The notes under the pieces are model-generated. The model was not told where the DNA came from and did no database searches. It saw only the letters and a list, made by a program, of their open reading frames with translations. A stretch of 41,824 nucleotides of DNA from Cyanophora paradoxa CCMP329 (taxonomy: Eukaryota; Plantae; Glaucophyta), in contig QPMI01000630.1 of the NCBI GenBank assembly GCA_004431415.1, forward strand, positions 1-41,824, written 5' to 3'. Both the position numbers and the translations under genes were made by a program. Shown in pieces: positions 21,940-31,551 of the stretch; within the stretch, counting starts at the first letter, position 1; each line of letters opens with the position of its first letter.

Positions 21940-22692
21940 CACGAGTCTCCCAGAGGGAGAAGAAGGGGGTACAGGCCAAGAGGGAGGGGGAAGTATCAGG
22001 GGGGGGAATTCGTGGCGGTGGGGAGGGGGCGAACGGTTGCAAGGGGGTACAGGCGGTCTCGCATGGGGTTCTGGATCTTCTAACGGGGGCGAGGCGAGTT
22101 TCCAAAAGGCGGGCAGGGCGTGTGTGAAGGGGTACAGCGCGCGACTCGAAGCGTCTCCCCCTAGAGGGGGCGTGGCGAGTTTCCAGAGGGGGGGGGGGGT
22201 AGGGGGTACAAGGGGGAATTCGAGCGCGACCACAATGCAGACTAGGATCGCTCCCTCCATCCCTTGGAACAGGAACCCTTCCGGGGGCGAACGGTTGCAA
22301 GGGGGGTACAGGCGGTCTCGCATGGGGTTCTGGATCTTCTAACGGGGGCGAGGCGAGTTTCCAAAAGGCGGGGCAGGGGCGTGTGAAGGGGTACAGCGCG
22401 CGACTCGAAGCGTCTCCCCCTAGAGGGGGGCGTGGCGAGTTTCCAGAGGGGGGGTAGGGGGTACAAGGGGAATTCGAAGGCCTCGCCGCACCCCTAGCTA
22501 TAGGAGGGCCGGGGCGAGTTTCCAGAAGGCTCGGAGTGGGTGTGCGGGCGCCCTCGAAATTAAAGGTACATCCTCTGGGGTGGACGTGGTGAGTTTCCAG
22601 GGGGCGAGGCGTGAGGAAGTAAGGGGTGGAGATTTCGAAGGTTAGCACCCTCTTTATCCAGCTATAGCTGGGGGAGCACGGCGAGTTTCCAG
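21940..22692 (-). repeat. Reverse-oriented GGAAACTCGCC motif block including a ~200 bp direct duplication
   Basis: About 8 GGCGAGTTTCC-like copies; 22026-22222 is repeated at 22283-22476. Confidence 0.85.
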
Positions 22693-22780
22693 AGAACGCG
22701 CGCAGGCGCGGGAGATCTTTGCGGGCCGTGACACCTAGAACTCACCGTCTCGCTCATACTATGATATCCCGCGTCTCGGC

Positions 22781-23385
22781 CCCCAGCTGGAAACTCGCCC
22801 CGCTCCCCCTCAGAGCCCTCCGCCCCTTGCTGGAAACTCGCCCCGCTCCCCTCAGAGCCCCCGCCCCCCAGCTGGAAACTCGCCCCGCTCCCCCTCAGAG
22901 CCCTCCCGCCCCCCAGCTGGAAACTCGCCCCGCTCCCCCTCAGAGCCCTCCCGCCCCCCAGCTGGAAACTCGCCCCGCTCCCCCTCAGAGCCCTCCCGCC
23001 CCCCAACTGGAAACTCGCCCCGCCCCCCCTTAGAGCCCTCCCGCCGCAGCTGGAAACTCGCCCCGCTCCCCCTCAGAGCCCTCCCGCCCCCCAGCTGGAA
23101 ACTCGCCCCGCCCCCCCTCAGAGCCCCCCCGCCGCAGCTGGAAACTCGCCCCGCCCCCCTCAGAGCCCCCCGCCGCAGCTGGAAACTCGCCCCGCCCCCC
23201 CTCAGAGCCCTCCGCCCCCCAGCTGGAAACTCGCCCCGCCCCCCCTCAGAGCCCTCCCGCCCCCCAGCTGGAAACTCGCCCCGCTCCCCCTCAGAGCCCC
23301 CCCGCCGCAGCTGGAAACTCGCCCCGCTCCCCTCAGAGCCCTCCCGCCCCCAGCTGGAAACTCGCCCCGCTCCCCTCAGAGCCCG
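22781..23385 (+). repeat. Tandem minisatellite, ~42-46 bp unit x14 (CAGCTGGAAACTCGCCCCGCTCCCCCTCAGAGCCCTCCCGCCCC)
   Basis: 14 forward GGAAACTCGCC copies counted; units differ mainly in C-run length. Confidence 0.95.
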
Positions 23386-23917
23386 AGGTGCCGGCGGGGC
23401 CGTGACGAGAAACTAGAAGAGAGGGGCGGGGAGGGGGGGGGCGACCTCGCCGGATTGCTCATACCCCGCCCCGCGTCCTGGCCCGCCTCTACCCCCCCCC
23501 TCCCCCTTCCCCCCCTCCCTCCCCCCCTACCCCCCGCTCCCCTGAAACTCCCCCTGCCCCCCCCCGGCGCTCGCGCTAGCCCGCGCGCAGCAAGCGTTCT
23601 TCGAGGCTCTTCAGCGCTTGTGCATTTGGTCAGCGCGCGAGCGGCGCGCGGGGGGGTACGTTGCCTCTGGCTTCGATCCTTGCGTACCCCCCGAGTCCAT
23701 CGCCGCCGGCGCGCTTGGCGGAGCTCGCGATCGCGGGGCGAGGCGCGGCCCGCGTTCGATATTCAGATGGCCACCGCGCCGCCCACTCCCCACGCTGCGG
23801 CGCCGGGCCCAGCGCGACTCGAAAGGATCTGCAGAGGGGTATGAGCACGCCGAGGGGCCCAGGGGGGCCGAGAGAGACCGCGTACCCCCGCCGCGCAGGA
23901 GACTGCAACTGTCCTTC

Positions 23918-24986
23918 TTACATGTCGCCCCGGAGCCGGCGGGTAAACTGAATGTCCTGCCCGGGGATTTGAGCGGCCCGTGGATTTGAGCGGCCCGTGG
24001 GGGTGGCGGCCCGGGGCGCGGGGCGATGGGCGCGGGGCGCGGGGCCGGGCCCACCTTGGGCTGGATCGTGATCCGCTTGGCGTGGATGGCGGCGAGGTTC
24101 GCGTCATCGAGACGGTTCACGAGAAACTGCGCCCGCAGTCAGGTCAGGCGGGCGCCCGGGGAGCGAAGGGGCGGGGAAGGAGCGGGCGCGCACGGCCTCG
24201 GCGGCCTCGCGGAGGCACTCGATGGCCTCGCGGCGCCAGCGCAGCTCGATATTACCCTCGCCTTCGGCCGCCTTCTTCTCCTTCATGACGTCCTGCCCGA
24301 TCTCCCTGACCTGCGGCCCGTGACGCGGGGGGCCGGGCGACCGGAGCGGGCCGGCGCACGAGGCGGGCAAAGCCGGCGTAGCTGATGAGCGCGTTCGTGG
24401 TCTGCACGGTGGCGGTGAGCCGTCTCGGCCGCTCGTACGGCGGGGGCGCGCGCGGAGCCGACGTGCCTTCTGGTACTTGCGGATCTACGGGAGGAGGGAA
24501 CTGTCCGTCGGGCACGAGCGAGGGGATCGAGAGAGGCGAGGCGCACCTCGCGAAGTGCCACGGTGCCTTTCAAGACGCCCCGCCAGGTCGCCGGACCGGC
24601 GCACGCGTCAGGAATCAGCGGCGGGGGCGGGGCGGCGGGCCCGGGGGGCGCGTGGGGCGGCAGGGAAACGACCGGGGCGGTAGCGGTGAGGCTTCTTGAC
24701 CTGGTGACGATGACCAAGGTGAGCAGAGGCCGGCGCGTGTGCGCGGCCCACGGCTAGCAGTGGCCCCGGGATCCCACGCACCCCGCCGGCCGCGGGCGCG
24801 CTCTTGCGGGCGGCCTTGCTCGAGAGATTCTTCTTGGCGGGCGCGTCCGCGAAGCGCTTGCGAGGAGCCTTCTCTCCCGTGCCCTTCTGACCCTGCGAGC
24901 ACGACGACGTCGTACGCATCGGCGGCGCCGGCGCGCGGCGGGACGGCGGCCGGGAGAGAGCTCACGGTGTGCTTCACCCTGGCCAT
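23918..24986 (-). CDS. Divergent histone H3 variant (CenH3 candidate), 9 exons, ~155 aa
   Basis: Exons 24966-24986, 24782-24892, 24673-24700, 24547-24566, 24467-24484, 24360-24401, 24194-24310, 24055-24126 and 23918-23956 splice to [155 protein letters not shown]. Confidence 0.92.
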
Positions 24987-25218
24987 CGAGACGCGCTAGA
25001 GTGTGGCTGGAGAGCGTGCGACGCGCGCCCCATCCTCGACGCCGGTGGACCCTTTTCTGCGCGACCACCGCGCGCTCGAGTGACAGCGATCGAAGCTGCG
25101 GGTCGCTGGATGCGCGGGAGATGGCGCGGCCGCGGAGCTGGGCATGTGCATACGAGCAGGAAGAGATATCGATACCCGCGGAGTCGAACCCGCGTGCCTG
25201 AAATGCTTGGCTCGTGCG

Positions 25219-25264
25219 CCGAATTGGCGTACCCCAGTGAAACCGAATTGGCGTACCCCAGTGA
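25219..25264 (+). repeat. Two-copy 24 bp-period direct repeat (CCGAATTGGCGTACCCCAGTGA) upstream of the histone gene
   Basis: Visible exact duplication in the divergent intergenic region. Confidence 0.8.
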
Positions 25265-25507
25265 CTAGGACCCCCAGGGCCGTTGATAGCCGCGGGCACG
25301 CGGCCCGAATCCGATTTCGCGGTCGCCGCCCCGGCAGGCATCGATTCCCATACAAGGGCACCGGGGTACGGGCGGGACCGAAACTTCGATCCGCTGGGCA
25401 CCCACCTCCAAATCGGCACCCTCGCCACCGATTTACTGCTAAATATCACGCTTAGTGCGGATCCACGGATCCTCGTTTATCAAGCAAAACGGATTTCAAA
25501 AAGCGTA

Positions 25508-28500
25508 ATGGCACCCGCTTGCCGTCGCCCTACGGTGCTGTACGGGCCTGTCCGGATCCCTCTCTGCTTGGGGCGCCTCTGGGCCTAGCCAACTGCTTAG
25601 CGCATCCCGCTCAGCGCACCCGCACACGCGTAACGCAGCGTACACTGGAGGCGGGCCTGCGCCAATACTTCTCCAGCGCATGGCTGTTCTCGATTCAGCG
25701 CGTCTACTGCGATCCAAGCGACTCGCCTGCACCGAATGCCGCTCTCAGTCGCCCAAACTTTGCTGCCGGCAGCTGCAGCGTTCTCTCGGCTCTCAGCGAC
25801 ATGGAGCGTGCAGCTGTCTCCATGCGGGCAACGGTGCAGAAGGACGTCGAAGACAGCAGGCGCCAGCTGGGCTCCGTTAAGCAGAGAGTTTCCGCCCTTT
25901 ACTCGGAGGAGGTTCGGAAAGCGGAGAAGGCGCTTCTCTCCGCAGGCGCCATCGCCCTTCTCCCCCGCCAGGCGCTCGCAGAGTTCGACTGGTCCGCGCT
26001 CGAGGATCCGGAGGCTCCAAAGAATGCGGAAACCGCTTCGAACTCCATCAAGCGGGCGCACTCTGTTTTGCTGAAGATCCGCGAGAGAAAATCGCTGCAG
26101 GAGGGCGTGGTGAGCTTTTTTGTCCACGTGCTCCCTTCATTTCCGCCTTTTGATTGTGTGAGCGCGCGCAGCTTATGATGGCGACAAATCTTGGCGTGCG
26201 GCTGGGTGATAAGACAGTTCGTCTTGTGAAGGACGCCTTCTGGAAGCTGGTGCGCCTTTTCTGTGCGTAGGATCTGTGTGAGCCGGCTGGCCATGGAGCA
26301 CGCTTTGCCTCACACGGCACCTGCACAGGACCTGGCGGTGAGGGCGCTGGAGCGGGCGCTGGAGGCGAGGAGCGCGGCGAAGGCAGAGGCGGCGGTGGAG
26401 GCCGTCCGGGCCGCCCTGACCGGCTCCAGCGCTGCGAAGGAGCCCGCGGCCGCGGCCGGGCCCAGTGCGTGCAAGGCAGCCGAAGTGGAATACGACGTGT
26501 ACGACTCTCTTGCCCGCGTCGTTGCCGAGCACAGGCGGCTCACGCTCGGATGGCCAGCTGATCATGAAGTGGTGCGCTTGACGTGCACGGAGCCAGTGTG
26601 CCCGCCATCTGACCCTCGCGATCGCGGCAGAAAGACGAGCAGGCTGGAATGCTGGTCACCCTCCGCAGGCGCCTACGAGATGCAGTGGCAGAAAAAGTTG
26701 CTTCCCTGCAAGCGAAATTTTCCAGTTTTGTGCGCTGCAAAGCTGCCCGCAATCGCTCGATTGATCATGAAGTACGCGCCAGCTGCGTTGTGTTCACGTC
26801 TGACAGCGCCGGGACCGCAGGCCGACTTCAAGGCCACGGCGGCCTTCTCGGACCTCGGCGAAAAGAAGCGTCGCGCGCTGGAGAAGGCGTGCGAGGCGGG
26901 GCGCCGCGAGGCGTCTGGCGCCGCCGCCCGCCTGGCGGCCCTGGAGGCCGGGGGGGCCGATCCCGCTGGCAATCAGTACCTGCAAGCCATCGAGGAGGCG
27001 GCGGACTGGGTCGCACGGAACGGGAAGCCGACCCTGACGCCGGTGTTCGAGCGCTTTGCGAGCAGCCGGGTCGCGCAGCGGGCGACTCCCCGGCCCTTCC
27101 TGCATCGCCTGGAGATGGCCCTCCGCGCTGCCGCCAGCGGCTCCCCGGCCTCGACTCAGCTTCCTCCCGCTTTCGCCGCCCTCGCGGAGGCGATCGCCGC
27201 GGGCGTCCTGCCGAAAACCCTCGCAGCGGCCCGCCAGATGTCGAAGGTGCAGGCTGCGCTTCCCTGCCATCTCTCCGTCTGTGCCTGATGCATATGTCGA
27301 TCGACCTCCTCTGGGGCAGAACACGTACTGCCTGGCGATGATGCTCGAGCACGTCGTGGGGGAGAAGGCGATGGCGCAGGTGCGGGAGAGCATCGCGGAC
27401 CTGGCCGTGCCCGTGCGCACCGCTCCCTGTCGCCGCCGCAGCGCCTGGCGCCGCCCACTCCGCTGCAGGAGCGCAAGGAGGCCGCCCTCGGAGCGCTGCG
27501 CGCCCTGCTCGACGCAAGCGCAGGCACGGCCGTGGACGCTGTCTCCGGCGGGGGAAAGGCCTCCGCGGACGGGGATCGGGCGCTCGCCCGCGCTGCAGGA
27601 CCGGCGCTGCCCGCCGATGGCAGCGCGTCGACGTCCTCTGCAACCGCTGCGGCTGCGCCCGAACTGCCGACCGCGGCCGCAGCTGCAGCCCCCGCCTCGA
27701 CGTCCGACGCGGCTGCAGCAGCCTCTTCGAGCTTGGCTTCGAGCTCGACAGCGTCGGCGGGCGAGGACCTGCAGATGGGCAGCCGTGCGAAGGACAAGAA
27801 GAACGCGAAGCACGCAGCGGCGGCGAACCTTCCGCCCCAGTCGAGTGCGGTGGCGGAAGCTAGCCCGGCCGCGAGCCGCTGGCCGTGGCGGGAGCTCCCT
27901 GCGTGGGACCCGCGCGGCCCCGACGAGGGCGCTCTGGACGACGACCTGGGCGACCACTTCGACGAGGTGCTCGCGATCAGTATTGCAGTCGCAGTCCACT
28001 CGAGAGTCCCTGATGCAAAGTCCGGGTTCAGCACAGCTTCGAGGGCGCCGGCGGGCGGCACGGGCCCCCGCGCTTTCACGACGACTGCCCCATCTGCGCC
28101 ATCGACCGCCTGGACGGCCCGCGGCGGGACTCCGGGCCGATGCGGCGCATCATCGCATCCATCGCGAAAAAGCCCGTGCGCCTGGGATCTGGATCGAGAT
28201 CTGCGCCCCGTCGCCGGCCCGCGACCCCAACACGGACACTCACCCGCGCGCGATCGCGGCCGGCAGCACGGGCCCTTCGAGGAGCATCTCTGCTTCGTGA
28301 TCTCCGTGCTGCAGCGCGCGACCAGGCAGCAGTCCGAGTCGACTGCGCGCCTCCTGCTGGACCTCGGCATGGCGGACGCTCTGCGGCACATCGCCCTCTC
28401 CCGCCACAGCTTCGTCGCCTTCTACGTGCGCCCCCCGGCTCCGGCCACCGCGCCCGCGACTCTAGCAGAGAAATAGGCTGCCGCCCCGCTCCCGCCTTGC

Positions 28501-30708
28501 AATAGCCTCACCTCTGCATCACTCCGCATCTTCATCCGTGCCATCTCTGGTGCAGGCTGCCCACATGGCAGAGTGCGCTTCCCGCCCCTCTAGATCTAGA
28601 GATCTCGAACGTGCACGTCGCCCTATATGGCCTACAGCTCGCTGTAGGCCGGGCCGACCATGGAATGCATGTGCATTTGGCTCATGAACGCTGGCACCGG
28701 CCGCAGGGCGCTCGCCCCAGTGGACGACGGCCTCCGGCTCCTGCGGCCCGCCGCGCCGGCGCTGGCCCGCTTTGCGTGCCAGGGCCACGCCATCGAGCGC
28801 ATGCAAGCGCTGCGCGCCCTCGCCGCCTTCGCCCGCGCCGCCCCCGACCTCGCCGACGAGATCCTGTGCCGCGCGGGGCCCGCCGCCGCGGCGGCGCTGG
28901 TGGGCGTCACGGCCGACCGGCTGCGGCGGGAGGCCGAGGACGCGATGCAGGCCGGCCGCTACAGCCGCTACTCGATGGAGATCGTCACGCGCGGCGGCGT
29001 GGAGCGCAAGGTGCAACAGCCCCTGTGCGTCCCGCCGGCGGCTGCGGCTGACGCAAGGCAGGACTACATGATCCAGATTCCTGTCCTGGTCACCGCGATG
29101 CGGCGGGAGGCCGTGGCGGCGGCGGCGCGCATCGCGCGGCAGGCCGCTGCGTCCGCCGCGGAGCACCCGGCCTCGCAGCAGGCGATGAAGGCCGTCGTCC
29201 CGCTGCCGCCGCCCACGCCGAACCCGGCAGACCTCACGAAGAGCCAGGTGCCGATGCTAGTGTCTCAAATGAGCAGTGCGACCGGGAGTGACTGACCTGC
29301 GCCCGCAGCTGGAGGCGCTCGCTGCTCGGGCCGTCCCGACGCAGGACCCGCTCGCGGTCGCCGCGGCGGGCCCCTTCGACGCCGCCGCCCTCGCCGCCGC
29401 CGCCGCCCGCCTCGCCGTCGACCCCGACTTCGAGACGCGGTGCGCACTCCACGCCGCCGCGGCCGGTGGCGGGACCATAATCGGGCGCGCAGGTGGCACG
29501 CGCTGTCGCTGCTGCGGGGCCTCGTGGAGCACCCGCGGCACGGCCCCGCCGTCGCCGTGCACCTCGCGGAGAGCGGCGCGCTCGCCGCCGTCGCCGGCCC
29601 GGCCCTCGCCGAGGGGCGCGGCCTCGTCGGGGAGCTCGCCTGCGCGCTGGCGGCGCTCCTGCGGGCCGCCCTCGCCGCGCAGCCGCCCCTCGCGGCGCCC
29701 CTCGCCGCCTGGCTGCGCGCCGACCCGGCGCGGCTCGAGGCCCTCCGCGCGTGGGCCGCCGGCGCCTGGTCGCCCCCCGCGACGCCCGCCGAGCCCGTCT
29801 CCCGTCTCCCCGTCTTCTGGTGAGGCGCGAGCGCTCGTCGACCCTCCTTGCCTGATCGCTGAGCGGATCGCAGGGTCGACAGGCGCAGCTGGCTGATCGG
29901 AGGCCCCCCGCCGCCGGCCTCCGCGCGCGATGCCGACTGGGCCGCCGGCCTCCCCGCCGGCGCTGCGGCGCTGCTCGAGCAGCTGCGGGCGGCGGCGGCG
30001 GCCGAGCCCGACGCGGCGCCGCTGCGCGGCCCGAGGCCAGCGGGCCAGGAGGCGCGCGAGCCCCGCATCAAGTACGAGGTGCGACCGCCCGCCCGGAGCG
30101 TCCGGCTGCCGTGCAGACGCCGCGCGGCAGCCGTGGTTCAAGACGCTGGAGAAGCTGAAGCTGCGGCGGATGACGGCGTACGACGCGAAGAACGGGGGCC
30201 TCTTCGACTTCAGCACGTACTGGCCGTCCCCCGACGGGCTCGGCGAGATGCTCCAGGGCATGCACTCCATGCTCGAGCGCGCCGGCGTCGACGAGGCCGC
30301 GCGCAGCGAGTGCGGTGCGCCGCCCGACCTCTGCCCGCCCTGCGCATCGGGGCCGATCGCGAGCTCCGGATCCCCCCAGAGGCGGGCTTGGCCGGCCTGC
30401 GGGAGTACCGCTCGAACGTGGACAGGATCGACCGCGAGGCGCGGCGTTGCGGGGCCTGCGGCGCGGCGACCGAGCCCGAGCGCCTGCTTAGGTGCAGCCG
30501 CTGCCTCGCCGTCCTCTACTGCGACCGCGAGTGCCAGGTGCGCCCCGGCCCCGGCCCACGCCGGCTGCATGCGCAGCTCCAGCTGCAGCTGTCCCGCGCG
30601 CTCTGCCGGCGCCGCCGTGTCGCCGCCCTCGGGGCCTCTCACGCTCGTGCGCAGAGGGCGCACTGGAAGGTCCACAAGAAGGAGTGCAAGGAGAGCTTCG
30701 CGAAGTAG
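25508..30708 (+). CDS. Multi-exon gene (possibly two genes) encoding an Ala-rich helical protein ending in a MYND zinc finger; start and exon structure approximate
   Basis: Series of protein-like plus-strand segments separated by short GT..AG introns with CTGA/CTCAC branch sites; terminal MYND exons. Confidence 0.5.
30448..30708 (+). CDS. MYND-type zinc finger (last two exons)
   Basis: CGACGAATEPERLLRCSRCLAVLYCDRECQ, then intron 30538-30654, then RAHWKVHKKECKESFAK-stop. Confidence 0.9.
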   Translation, partial: CGACGAATEPERLLRCSRCLAVLYCDRECQVRPGPGPRRLHAQLQLQLSRALCRRRRVAALGASHARAQRAHWKVHKKECKESFAK

Positions 30709-30924
30709 CTATTGGTTGCAGCTATACAGATCGCAGCTTCGAGAAATTCAGTGTGCACGTGCAACGTGCTGTACAGATTTAGATCTAGACCGAGACAAGG
30801 ACCGGACCATTTCATGTCAGTGCACATATGCATGCATATGTACAGCGCAGTGTACAGAAAAAATGAAATACACAACCGGTACCATTGGAAGCCGTTGAGA
30901 GCCGCTGAGCATTAGCTGGGTCGA

Positions 30925-31400
30925 CATTCATGATCAGCACCCGGGGTGATCATGGTCAGATCATGAAACTGCGTTCCGAAATTAAAGTTCTCCCTCGAGG
31001 CTTCAATTGCTCAAGCTCTATATCTCCCCCTGTACAATTGCTCGAGCTCTATATCTCCCCCTAGGCCCTGATCATGAGGTCATGATCATGATCAGCAATC
31101 CTTCGGGGTGTTCCCCTTCAGGCTTATCCGGATCCCGGAGTCCTGCTCACGGTTCAATTGCTCGACTCGGCGAGCTCTATTGCTAGATCTCCCGGCCCCC
31201 TAGGTCTTGACCTTCGAATGATTCAGTGAAGGATGGCCCAAGAAGACTCGCCGAAACTTGAAAGCCGAAAATTCCGCCAACTGCATGCGGCATGGATCGG
31301 TGGGCCGGCTGATCATGAGTTGGCATTATTCAATGATCGAAGTGCCCCAACTCATGAATGAAGTGCCCCTGAACTGCGGCAATTCGTTGAAGTGCCCCCT
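30925..31400. repeat. Intergenic segment with short degenerate repeats (possible non-autonomous element relic)
   Basis: CAATTGCTC(A/G)AGCTCTATATCTCCCCC twice (31005-31061) plus a third degenerate copy at ~31155; GAAGTGCCCC x3 (31339-31398); multiple (T)CATGATCA. Confidence 0.4.
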
Positions 31401-31551
31401 CGTGGGCCTCGTCGAGTCCGCGTCTCGGCGAAATCCGCCCCAGGCCCACGCTTGCCCCCGGCTTCGCTTCCGCCTCGGACCACCGGACTCGTGACCAAAA
31501 TCATGTAGCGATTTTCTCTAACCATACACTCATTTACAGGCGGGGCTATAG

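Larger units (their letters stand above)
248..23420. mobile_element. Putative endogenous DNA-virus-like / self-replicating element (primase-OBP helicase, TFIIB, GIY-YIG, RING, SKP1-like; motif arrays)
   Basis: Compact, mostly intronless genes, several with TATA-like boxes. Gene set is typical of large eukaryotic DNA viruses. Three repeat blocks share GGA(A/G)ACTCGCC, which I did not see in the host-like right half. Sharp switch to intron-dense genes after ~23.4 kb. Boundaries approximate; left edge may lie outside the window. Confidence 0.65.

Noticed and set aside
22781-23385. CRISPR array
   Set aside because: No unique spacers; whole units repeat. Context is eukaryotic and no cas genes are present.
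23385-23420. Helitron 3' end (GC-rich stretch then CTAG)
   Set aside because: No convincing hairpin, CTAG is followed by A rather than T, and no HUH-Rep/PIF1 gene is present.
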